Shown here in pieces: positions 12,471 through 24,728 of a stretch of DNA of 64,000 nucleotides. The translations under genes and the position numbers were made by a program. The DNA is from Octopus vulgaris (Eukaryota). The stretch is from positions 58,156,001 to 58,220,000 of the forward strand of contig OX597823.1 of assembly GCA_951406725.2 (NCBI GenBank), written 5' to 3'. Each line of letters opens with the position of its first letter. Positions within the stretch are counted from its first letter, which is position 1. The notes under the pieces are model-generated. The model was not told the origin of the DNA and did not search any database. It was given only the letters and a program-made list of their open reading frames with translations.

Positions 12471-12876
12471 CGCAGGAGTGGCTGTGTGGTAAGTAGCTTG
12501 TTTACCAACAACATGGTTCCGGGTTCAGTCCCACTGCGTGGCACCTTGGGCAAGTGTCTTCTACTATAGCCTCGGGCCGACCAAAGCCTTGTGAGTGGAT
12601 TTGGTAGACGGAAACTGAAAGAAGCCCGTCGTAGATATGTATATATATATATATGCGTGTGTGTTTGTGTGTCTGTGTTTGTCCCCCTCGCATTGCTTGA
12701 CAACCGATGCTGGTGTGTTTACGTCCCCGTTACTTAGCGGTTCGGCAAAAGAGACCGATAGAATAAGTAATGGGCTTACAAAAGAATAAGTCCTGGGGTC
12801 GAGTTGCTCGATTAAAGGCGGTGCTCCAGCATGGCCGCAGTCAAATGACTGAAACAAGTAAAAGAGTAAAGAGTAA
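12471..12876 (+). mobile_element. SINE family B, full-length, internal (TA)n(TG)n, (AAAGAGT)-type tail
   Basis: Box A-like tggctgtgtgg, box B-like gggttcagtccc, ccttgggcaagtgtctt; near-identical inverted copy at 49466-49919. Confidence 0.9.
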
Positions 12877-12934
12877 GCGTATATACACGCATGCATGCAT
12901 ACACACACATACATACATACATGTATACATACAT

Positions 12935-13013
<79 letters not shown>

Positions 13014-13177
13014 AGCACAGGCACGAATGTGTAGTAAGAACTTTGCTTCCCAACAACATAGTTCCGGGTTCAGTTCCCCTTCGTGGTATCTTGGGCAAGT
13101 GCATTCTACTCTAGTCCTGGGCCGACCTAAGCTTTGTGAGTGGATCTGGTAGATGGATGCACAAAGAAGCACGTCGT
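13014..13177 (+). mobile_element. SINE family B, degenerate 5' half
   Basis: gttccgggttcagttccc...cttgggcaagtg...gtgagtggatctggtagatgg. Confidence 0.75.
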
Positions 13178-13374
13178 ATATATATATATATTTCAAATCA
13201 GAGAGCTGTACAGGAGTAGGAGCACTTTCCAACGTTATTAAAGCCTGAACGATATATAAAAAAAATAATTCAAATATTAAAATAGAAAGATTATTGTTCC
13301 TAAGTCTCTCAATGAGAAATATTCTGTAGGCGTAGGAGAAAGTGTGTGGTAAGTAGCTTGCTAACACACATGCG

Positions 13375-14985
13375 CAGTTAGTCAGTTGCTTCCTGTTCAG
13401 CCAGAGTGGACGCGAGTCAACCAGCTCCGTCCAATTAAAGAAAAAAGACCAAAAACAGAAAGTTGTCGAGGTAAGTGATTTTGTTTATTGTGAGTTAGGC
13501 ATAATTTATTGCGTGCCAATTATTATTTCAGTAAGTTGTGTCCAACTCTGAGACAATTTCGCCTGCTCTCGGCGGCTGCCGTTTTTGTGTTCATTGAAAA
13601 AAAAAAAGAAAAAACAGTGGAGGGGCGTATCCTCGGAATTCAATACAGTTACTGTTAAAATTACCGTTGGCGGTAGCCAGTGCTGTGTTTGGGTTTGTTG
13701 AATTTATTCCCTTGTCAGAGTACTTCGCAAGAAAATTATAAAAATAAGCCACTATTGGATTACCTTTCGGACCCATTTTTGTGGAGGTTGTGTTGCAGTT
13801 GCGGCGTTCCAGGTTCAACCCAGGCCGGGAGTACCGCAAGGCCAGAATATTTTTGCTGTGTTTATTCTGTTTATTAACTTTCTTTTGAACTTCATTTTAC
13901 CCCCCCCCCTTTTGTTTTTTTCTTTATTGCGACTTTCCGTTGATTTCTTCCCTTCTGTTGTGCTTTCTCCTTTTTGTTTTTTCAAAAATCTATCAAATTT
14001 TATTTGAACTTTTGAACTTTTTTCTTCTTGCTTTTTGAGTTTAATTTGAATATATTTAAAAAAAACATGGCAATGAAAAATAACAAAATTTTGGAGTGGG
14101 AAATCATACCACCTAAAAAGTGGTTAAAAGACCGTGAAGATAGGACGGTGGTGTTGAGAACCTACTCCAAGGCACTCGACACCATCGCCCTATTCGAAAA
14201 GACGGCAATTGAAAAGGAGTTGGAAGAGTATTTGCCAACAATTAAATTCATTTCCAGTTGTGTCAAATATGCAACGGTGTGGTTGCTATTTGACACCCCT
14301 GAAGAGGCTTGCAAATTTTCTAGCAAACCCCTGGAGGGTAAGGAAATCTTATTCCTGCCCACGTACAAAAAAAAGAAATTGATGAAAACTTGGATTTGCG
14401 GACTTCCACCCGACATAGAACCCGAGTGGATAGAGGGGACTATCCGCCGGGGTCTGGGTGGCAGCGAAACTAAGCTCCTTAATGTAAAAGTTCTTCCTGC
14501 GGCTGCTTGGGTTGGGTCAAAAGCAATTTTGACCCTGTGGACCCAATCAGCCAATCTGGTTCTTCCAGATTTTTTGAAAATGGCCGGGTGCAGGTACCCG
14601 GTGATGCTTGAGGGTCGCCCCCTAAGTGTCATCGGTGCTTGGAGTCCGGCCTCATAAAGAAGAACTGTCCCCGGGAACAAAATAGGATCCCGGAACAGTT
14701 AAGTAAAACCCCTCTAGAAGAGGGAATGATAACGGCCGAGAAAGCAGAGGACTCCTCAAACAGAGGCCGAAAGAAGAAGGTGAGCAACAATGGGTGCTCG
14801 CCAAAGGATAATAGGGATGAGGAGAGGAAGGCGAATCTTCCTGCCACGGAGGAGACGCACCCTCCCTCAGTTGAAAAGGGGGAAAAAAGGAAAAAGAGGA
14901 AGAAAAACGGGACATTGTCGGCTGTCAGTGACATAGCACCGGAATGTCCCGGAACTACAAAGCATTTTCCTTAAAATGGGACTGC
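13375..14985 (+). mobile_element. Tx1/L1-type LINE 5' portion (5' UTR plus ORF1)
   Basis: About 690 bp of UTR-like leader followed by a gag-like ORF1; ORF2 not seen. Confidence 0.6.
14067..14974 (+). pseudogene. LINE ORF1 (gag-like; RRM-like region, zinc knuckle, basic tail), frameshifted near 14620
   Basis: Joining ORFs 14028-14657 and 14639-14974 gives EGRP.KCHRCLESGLIKKNCP (CX2CX4[H>L]X4C); upstream WICGLPPDI..EWI is typical of Tx1/L1 ORF1; K/R-rich C-terminus. Confidence 0.7.
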
Positions 14986-15362
14986 CTCATTAGGTTGGCA
15001 AAAACATTTAAATATTGCTATTTAAATTTATTATGCATGCCTAATATATTGCGTGGGGAAATGAACCTATCGCCATGCTTCTTACTGTTTCCACGTTCGT
15101 TGTTCATTGTTTGACTAACGTTCATTTCATTTCGTCTCCCCATTCAGTTTTCATTCCTTTAATGTTTGTTGTATAACCGTTATTTGAACCTGAGATTATG
15201 ACTATATAAAAAGCACATACACACGCACACACAAACACAGTCACAGACACATACACGCACACGCACACACGCACACTCATGCACATACAAGCACAAATTC
15301 ATGTATGTGCATGCACATGTGGGGATGCGTGTGTATATGCATGTGTGTGTGTGTGTAGATAA

Positions 15363-15417
<55 letters not shown>

Positions 15418-16288
15418 TGTTTGTGGAGAGAGAAATATGCGTATGCGTGCGTGCCCATGTAGTTGGATGTGAAAGTATTTTCAGAATATGTATCAAATTT
15501 CTGTGTACGTTAGTCGATATATTACACACACACACACACACATACGCGCGCACACACACACGCACACACATACGCTCGCGCATACACACACAAACAACAC
15601 ATGCTCAAAGCATATAATACATATTAATGGATAGATATGTTACAGTCGTTAGACGTATACCTCAAGTTATATATTCCAAAAATATCGCACAAATCCACCA
15701 ACACATACGCACACGCACACACATACATACACACACAAGCACTTCTCAACTCATGAGTTTATATATACATACATACCTACACACATAAAGCCACATATAT
15801 CTATATATGTGTATTAGTGTGCATGCTGGTATGTATACATATATGGTGAGTATAGAAGTACCTGTATTTTCATTTCTTCTTCTCATCATTAAAATCTCTG
15901 AAATGCAAAAAAAAAAATAAATAATAATAAATAAATGAAAAAAAAAACAAGTGGAATTATTTAAAGATTTCAATATATATATATAGATTCTACCATTTTC
16001 CGTTTGATCTCCCTGATGTCATATCCAGCATTATTATTTGTTTTTCGCAATAGCTAACATTCGAATGCAATCCCTTGTCGAAAGAGACCGTTATTAGTTA
16101 GAATGACATTTTGAGAATTCTGAAGAGACACTGAGATAAAGGTTTCCAATGTCTACAGACATGTCAAAAAATCTTTTCGTTCCAATGGGGAAAACTAAAT
16201 AAAACTTCAATGGAGTGAGTAGATATATGTGTATTCGTGGGAGTATGTATTTGGTAAGAGGCGTGGTAGTCGTGCTTATTTCAAATAA

Positions 16289-16340
<52 letters not shown>

Positions 16341-16359
16341 ATATCAACATATATAAATT

Positions 16360-16405
<46 letters not shown>

Positions 16406-16426
16406 TAATATATATATATATACATA

Positions 16427-16460
<34 letters not shown>

Positions 16461-16465
<5 letters not shown>

Positions 16466-16579
16466 ATATACAGATATGTATTTGTATATATATTTTTACA
16501 TACATATGTATATGTATAAGATATAGATATACATATGTATGTAAAAATATATATACAAATACATATCTGTATATAGGTA
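16461..16579. repeat. Perfect 53-bp inverted repeat with 13-nt spacer inside a (TA)n field
   Basis: 16461-16513 is the exact reverse complement of 16527-16579. Confidence 0.9.
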
Positions 16580-16793
16580 TATATATATATACCTACATAT
16601 ATATATGCATAAATGTATGTACTTAGCTATGAATGTGTGTGTGTATATAAATATGTATGTAAGTATGTATATATGTGCATATACGTATGCATGCTGGTAT
16701 GCATGTATAGAAATGTATATATATATATATATATATATATACGTATATTTATAAATATATGTACACTCATATATGCATATACACACGCACAAG

Positions 16794-16840
<47 letters not shown>

Positions 16841-17125
16841 GGAGACAGTGCGCATATGTGCAAGTACCAGCGAGAAAGAGAGAGAGAAATAGATAAGGAA
16901 ACAACGCAAATGGGAAAGAAAATAGAATAATTCATAAAAGACGAAGTCAAAAGAAATATGAAGAATTTTTGATTACCCGATTGGTGCATTTTTGGTGTAT
17001 GTAGAGATCCGGAGTTGTCAAAGACACTGATAAAAAATATTGATAAATATATTTTAAAACAAAAGAAAACCACAACGATAATAATAATAAGAATAACAAC
17101 AACAATAATAGCAATAAAAATAATA

Positions 17126-17156
<31 letters not shown>

Positions 17157-17533
17157 CGTCACCCAAACGTCGTAGTATTCTTGTAATGAAACATGACAAA
17201 AACAACTGTGCTTTTCGTTTCTTTTTCCGTCATGATTCTTAATATCATAAATTTATCGAAATCCCATATTTTTTTGTCTTTCTTTCTCGCTTTATATATA
17301 AACATAGACAGAATTCTTTGTAATTTATTCAAACTTTACGATTTTGTCTTTGCAGTAAATGGAATTTTCATCCCAGAAGGAAACGAATTTTATTGGGAAT
17401 TATTTTACCTTTGTTTCATTATATTTTAGTTGTATGAAAAATAAAATTATGATAAATAATTTCAACTACACACGCATATATAGCCACTACACACATTTTT
17501 TTTCTCTCCTTGTTTCTCTCGTTTTCTGTGTCC

Positions 17534-17569
17534 CTTTCTGTAGAAGAGCGTAGGCTCGAAACGTAAAAG
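17534..17569 (+). ncRNA. Minimal hammerhead-like motif with variant core
   Basis: cttt-CTGTAGA-a-gagc(gtag)gctc-GAAA-cg-TA-aaag; core differs from CUGANGA at A6. Confidence 0.5.
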
Positions 17570-18123
17570 ACTTTTTCAATTCCTGAGCCTTATACTAATA
17601 CATCTGTTTGTTTTGTACACCAACTGTCTTCGTCTTTTGTTGGGTTTTTTTTTCGTAAACTCTCCCTATCTATATATGTTTACACTGTACGTCCACACTG
17701 TTGCTGTTTGATCGTTCGAGGCCCTAACTCTCCATAAATTTTATATCTTAAAAATTTCAGGATGCTGCTGTCTTATTAAGTTTTCCTATCTTGTCGTTAA
17801 CAGCTTGAAATAGGGAATAACAAACAGTCAACAACTGAGAAGGAGTTAAACTTCTTTCGGTATTTTATTCCGCACATTTCTCTCGTTATATGTTTACGTA
17901 TTTTTCACTCGTTTTTGATGTCCTGTTCTTATTGTGTATTTTTTAGTATTTTGTCCTGTACATATCTCTCGTGTGTCTACGTGCTTTTCGCTCGTTGGCG
18001 ATGTCCTACACTCAAAGTATATATCTATATATATGCCTTATTTTGAGATTGCTAGTGTTAACAATACCCGTAAATAAAATACAGACTTGAGTTGTAGTGC
18101 TCCAAATGAGCTATATTCCACTG

Positions 18124-18595
18124 AATAATCTCAATGGAGGCAATGCAAGCGTAACCTACTTAATTATAGGAACTTAATTAATTATAGGAACATAATTAAT
18201 AACCACACTCAAAATCAAATATGTAGATATATTCTTCTACATTTATAAAACGGATATAAAAATTCCAAATATATAAATATAAAGATACATATAAATAGAT
18301 AAATATCGATGTGAATTTTAGATTTAAAAGTTACAATACATTAGTGAAATAAAAATTTGAGATAAAATATTAAAAGAACGTACTAAAATACCACGAAAAT
18401 AATACAAATTTTTTTAAAATCCATCTACGGCCGTTTCAGAGACGTGTCAAGCAACATGATATATTTCATATTTATGAAACTGACACTCCTCTCATCAGGA
18501 TGTTTTCCAACAATGCAGAAAAAACAAATACAGAAATACAATTATACAATTATGTTCCTATAGTTTCCGCTTGCATTGCCTCCATTAAGATTATT
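18124..18595. mobile_element. Non-coding module with terminal inverted repeats and an internal HHR (Penelope-like pseudo-LTR / retrozyme-like)
   Basis: 18124-18151 pairs with 18568-18595 and 18183-18197 with 18548-18562; related sequence at 34157-34195. Confidence 0.6.
18422..18502 (-). ncRNA. Type I minimal hammerhead ribozyme motif
   Basis: Minus strand: catc-CTGATGA-gaggagtgtca...tgacacgtctc-t-GAAA-C(GGCC)G-TA-gatg; all three helices can be drawn. Confidence 0.75.
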
Positions 18596-18605
18596 AAGCG
18601 TTATA

Positions 18606-18644
<39 letters not shown>

Positions 18645-18745
18645 TATTAGAGAATATTACTTCCGAGTGCACAGGAAAAAGACATTCAAATTAGATGTAC
18701 TAAAATGAACATCTCTCAACGTTTAATTCGTATATATAAAAGTAC

Positions 18746-18978
18746 TTTTAGAGACAGAACCACCTTCAACTCAATCAACACTGAAAGATTTTATACCCGA
18801 CCACTCAATAAAATATTAAATCTTACACTAACTATATCTATTCTGAATCCCGTATTTACCGTTAATTGATTAGTTATCTAATTTGTTAATATAAGATTTA
18901 ATATTTAACATTTTATTGAGTGGTCGGGTATAAAATCTTTCAGTGTTGATTGAGATTAAAGTGGTTCTGTCTCTAAAA
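18746..18978. repeat. About 90-bp inverted repeat between (TA)n and (GATA)n
   Basis: ttttagagacagaaccac...cccgaccactcaataaaat (18746-18832) versus its reverse complement at 18885-18978. Confidence 0.85.
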
Positions 18979-18984
18979 CTACTT

Positions 18985-19067
<83 letters not shown>

Positions 19068-19207
19068 CAAAATATGGGCGTTTAGTTCACAGATGATCGA
19101 AATGAGTAGGTACGGTAAGTAAGTGCTGTAACAGATTACTAGGGTTCTAAGGTTATGCCAGAGATGGTAGTTATGGAGCCATTGCAGATTTCCAATATTG
19201 CGGATAT

Positions 19208-19918
19208 GTAATTATTAAAGAGGATAACAAACGTTAAGGCAAAGTAAACATCTCAAATCATATACATTATCATTATTGGAAAAAAAATTCAAAATCTTAC
19301 AGCTGTTTCCGGGATCTCCCTGAGTATGGGATATTCCGTCATCGGAGACAAATAGGGAAAATGAGAAGAGTATAGATTAATGAAATGACAATATACAGGA
19401 CAAGAGTAAAGGAATAAAGATATGAAGAAAGATGAGAAAAAGGAAGCATAAATGTTCATAAGTCCTTACGTGTAATTCTGCGTAAATTCATGTAGGTTAA
19501 AGTCCTGATAGTGTAAACCTTTAACTTACATGGATTTGCGCAAAATTGCGCCTATGGACTTATTTCTACAAGATCAGTCTTAAAGATCAGATCTACAAGA
19601 TCAGTCTACAAGTCTTATGGACTTATTTCTACAAGATCAGAAATTTGAACTGTGAAATTTTATGCTTCTTTTTTCTTCCCTTTCTTCATCCCCTTATTCT
19701 TTTGCTCCTGTCCTCTATGTCGTCATTTCATTAATCTATACCCTTCTCATTTTCCCCATTTGTTTCCGATGACGGAATATCCCATACTCAGAAACATACT
19801 CGGAATATCCCATACTCGGAATATCCCATACTTTGAATCTTTTTTCCAATAATAATAATGTATATGACTTGAGATGCTTACCTTGCCTTAACGTTTGTTG
19901 TCCCCTTTAACAATTATA
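19208..19918. mobile_element. About 700-bp diverged palindromic module carrying an HHR in the left arm and a disrupted copy in the right
   Basis: Left arm 19208-19502, loop 19503-19518, right arm 19519-19918 with stuttered insertions at about 19565-19640 and 19790-19832. Confidence 0.7.
19295..19348 (-). ncRNA. Type I minimal hammerhead motif (U4C core variant)
   Basis: Minus strand: tct-CCGATGA-cggaatatccc(atactca)gggagatcccg-GAAA-C(AGCT)G-TA-aga. Confidence 0.65.
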
Positions 19919-20766
19919 CACACACAAACGCACACACATATATACATATATATGTGTGTGTGTGCGTGCGGGTGTGTGGGCGCGTGGGCGTGTGTGTATG
20001 CGCCTTTGTGCGTGTATTTGTCTCCCTCCACCGATTTTCAACCGGTGTTGGTTTGTTTATGTTCCCATAACTTAGAAGTTTGGTGCAAACGACCAACAGA
20101 ATGAGGCTTAAAAGTGACACGTAATTGGGGTCAAAATTGTTCGACTATTGGCCCTCGGCATGGCCGCAGTCTAATGCCCGAAACAAGCAACAGATAAATA
20201 ACTGAAAGATATATACTCCAAGAGATACATTTATGAAATGTAAATATATACTGGCATTGTTACATATATTTAATATAGTATTCAATACATAATATAAGCA
20301 TTGGATCCCAAGAATGGAGTGGAACCCACGATAAGCACTGCAGTCTACCAAATCACATAGTTATTTAGATTTAAATGTCATCCAACTGGACAATACCTAA
20401 CCGAAAATTCGGGAATATACAAAAATAAAACAATGAGCAAGATAAGATTCAAAGAGAATTTTAATACTTCCGCAGAGGTTACAGCTGTTTCCAAATTCAA
20501 TCAGATTTACATTATCAATGTTCGTTAAAATCACGAACATACATGATGATGTAGACATATACACACCTCTCTCTCTCTTTCACACACACTCACATACGCA
20601 CAAACACACACACATATCCATATAAATAGATCGATAACAACTCCTATAGACGTGCAGTGTTTCCATCCCTATGGGAGCGAGACGAAAATAATCCCAGCAA
20701 CGGCTAGCGAAAATTCTTCGTGTTCTTTTTTTTTATCACGTTCAGCTTTGTCATTGTAGTATGTGT

Positions 20767-21361
20767 GATCCGGTTTTTTTCCGGTCTGGTGCTGTTGAAC
20801 CGTTTGATGCGGTTGGACCGGTGTGAACCGGTTTGGACCTGTTTGAACTGGTCTGATTTGGTTTGGACCGGTTTGGATTAGTTTGACCCAGTTTGATTGG
20901 TCTTGAACGGTTTGAACAGGTTTAGACCACTCGGATCCGATTTCGACCCGACTAGATCAATCTGAACCGGTTTGGACCGGTCAGGGCTAGGATTAGAGTG
21001 AAGTTTATGGATAAGGTTTGACGCTTGATGAAGGCATTTGATGAAAATATGATCTCTGACAACTAACCGGTCCAAAGCCGTTAAGACCAAATCAGACCGG
21101 TTCAAATCTGTCCAAAGATTTTCTTCACACACTTTCATCACCCATCTTCAAATATTTTCATCAACTATCATCAAGCATCTTTATCAAACATCTCATGTTC
21201 AAATATATTCACCAAACAACTTCGTCATACAATTACATCAAACATTTTCACCAAACATCTTCATCAAATATCATCGTATCTCCATGAAATATCTTCATCA
21301 AACATCAACCCTAATCATAACCCTAAGCGTAAAACCGGTCCAGATCGGTTCAAACCGGATC
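20767..21361. mobile_element. Fold-back/MITE-like element of about 10-bp (GAACCGGTTT)-type units, TTCATCAAA units and telomere-like motifs
   Basis: Terminal gatccggttt / aaaccggatc inverted match; internal inverted blocks; cagggctaggattag 20982-20996 and aaccctaatcataaccctaa 21307-21326. Confidence 0.55.
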
Positions 21362-22519
21362 AGATCTTATATACATATATATGTGTGTGAATGTGTGTCT
21401 GTATGTGTGTGTGTGTTTGTGTGTATGTATTTGTGTATGTGTGAGTGTGTGTGTGTGTACATATACAGAGAGATAATGATACAGAAACAAATAAAATTGC
21501 TTGGTTAGATATACAAAATATACATAAATGTATACACAAAGATAGAGCAAAAGTATAGAGTGAAAATATTCAGACTATGAATATTTAAGTATAAATATTT
21601 ATATATTTATACGGCAAAGTAACATTGAGTACAAAGACAGAAAATTTAAGGGAGAATTTGTGATGTTACAGCTCGACAGCTGTTTCTAGGAACTTGGAAT
21701 TACTTCATAATGTTGGCAGATCCAGTTCGTGTGTGTGTACATAAATACATACATGCATATTTTGTATCAAGAATGTAAAAAAGGAATAGTTTCGCTTAAT
21801 TGTTGAAAACATGATTGGCGAACCGCGATTTGAAAGTGTTTTGTCGGGCAAGCAGATCCCCAAACATATTAAAATCGGCCTTTTAGTAAGTCATAGTCTG
21901 TTAATAGAAATACTCTTTATCTTTTATTTAATTATTCAATCTTTTTTTTTTCTTTTGTGTCTTTCATTGTCGCTGACGTATTCTTAAAATTCTTGAAATT
22001 TACATAAAAAAGGGGGAAACGAGTGGAAATAAAACCGTGCACACACTTACGTAGCAAATATTCACATAAACAGACTCGTACTTACGTATGCTTAGCTGTA
22101 CTTAAACATACATACATATTCACATACGTATTTACGTAAGCACAAACACACACACACATATGCGCATACACAAACCACACAAATATATATATATATACGA
22201 GTGTGCGTGTGCGTTTATGCATGTACATATGCATATATGTATGTGTCCGTCAATAATACAAACATTCAAAGAATTATATACTTTCATTTATATATACACG
22301 TTTACACCAGTACAGGGTTATATACATAATGCATACGGACATAGACAAACATAGTAACACGTGACATATATGGACATATACACCCAAACAAATATACGCA
22401 CGTAGTGACACATACGCCAACTAATTTAATTACATAAGTACAAACATATACACACACATATATAAATATACACATATAGATACATACATACACACACTCA
22501 TATACATACATATATATAT

Positions 22520-22733
22520 GCGAGCTGGCAGAAACGTTAGCGCCCCGGGCGAAATGCTTAGCGGTAGTTACGTTCTGAGTTCAAATTCCGCCGAGGTAGA
22601 CTTTGCCTTTCATCCTTTCGGGGTCGATAAGTAAAGTACCAATTTCGCACTGGGGTCGACGTAATCGACTTAATCCCTTTGTCTGTCCTTGTTTGTCCCC
22701 TCTATGTTTAGCCCCTTGTGGATAGTAAAGAAA
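22520..22733 (+). mobile_element. SINE family A, long-tail monomer
   Basis: gcgagctggcagaaacgttagc...gagttcaaattccgccgagg...tttagccccttgtggatagtaaagaaat. Confidence 0.9.
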
Positions 22734-22794
22734 TATATATATATGCTATATATATGCATATATATATGTATATATATATATATAAATACATACA

Positions 22795-22865
<71 letters not shown>

Positions 22866-23869
22866 GCGCCACCATTCAGTTGGTAAATATTTGGAGAAAA
22901 TAAGGAAAAAGCAAAATATACACCGAAGATGGTGAGAATGCGTTATAGCAAAAGAAGGGAAGGGCCTATACAAGAAGTAGAATCAAAATAGAGGGAATTT
23001 GAAAGCTCCCGAGTTACAATGCGCATGCGTATATCTACATCGATATACATACATACATACATACATACATACATACATACATACATAAATACATACATAC
23101 ATACATACATACATATACGTAGAAAACATATGTACGTATCTGTGAAGGCACACATGTGTGTATAAGTGTGTGTGCGTGTACGTAGTTGATTAAATAACTT
23201 CATGTTAATGAAATTAGTAAGTCCAGGTATTAGTTCTTCTTCATACAACAGATTGATTAACAGAGAATACAATAAGACTAAATAGAGAAGAGACTTAGTA
23301 GAACAGTGACGATGTTAATGATGCTGATAGTGATATTGGTGAATATGACGATGATGATGATGATGAGGAGGAGGAGGAGGATGTCGATTCTGGTGGTGGT
23401 GATAGTGATGATGATGATGATGATGATGTTTGTAGAGAAAGTGTTAGCGGTTTGAGATTCCCAATGATACAGAAATTAATCTAGAAATAGATCGAAATAC
23501 ACGCGCATATGTGTATGCGCGTATGTGTGAGTATGTGTGTGGGTGGGTGGGTGTTTCTGAATGAGTTATTGCGAGAGTCCCTGCGCATGTATATATATAT
23601 GTGTGTGTGAGTGTGTGTGTGTGTATCTCTATCTATCTATCTGACTATCTATCTATCTGTTTATCTATACATTCATCTATCTAACTATCTGTCTGTCTGT
23701 CTGTCTGTCTGTATGTATGTATGTATGTATGTATGTATGTATGTATGTATGTGCATATATATATGTGTGTGTGTGTATGTGTATGTATGTATGTGTATAA
23801 ACAGATATGCACGTATTCGAACATACGTATATGCTTCATACATATAAAAGATAGCTAAAAGTAGAAAAA

Positions 23870-23904
<35 letters not shown>

Positions 23905-24010
23905 TGCATGTATTTGTGCATATATATATATATGTTTGTATGTATGTATGTAAAACTAAGCAAATAAGCAAAACATTTAGAAACCAAATGAAAATCTTTA
24001 AGACTCGAAA

Positions 24011-24046
<36 letters not shown>

Positions 24047-24442
24047 TGGTGGTGGTAATGAATAAATAGCCGATAAAACAAGACGGTTTTTCTATGAAAC
24101 AAAAGAAACACCAGAGAATCTTAAAACACTGCAGAACAAATAACTTGAAATAAAGTAACAGGTGAAAAGAAAAAGCAACAACATAAACAGTGAAGAATGA
24201 ATACTAAGAAGAAAGGTGTATATTTATATATATATATATATGCTTTTGATATAGTATGTTTATGTATTTAACTTTGTAAGTATGGTTATATGTATCTGAG
24301 TGCGTGCCTCTGTGTGTGTGAATATATACATTTATATATATACATATAATATTATATGTATATTATATACGTATATACGTAAATGACATACAGATACATA
24401 TACACGCACATATCACATATATAAATATATATATATACCTAC

Positions 24443-24501
<59 letters not shown>

Positions 24502-24621
24502 GGTGTGTCTGTGTGCATATGTGTATATATATATATATACATATACACACACACGTTTTTGTGCATGTGTATATAGATATATTGGTGTGTGTAAAAGTTC
24601 GTGAATATATATATGTATATA

Positions 24622-24728
<107 letters not shown>

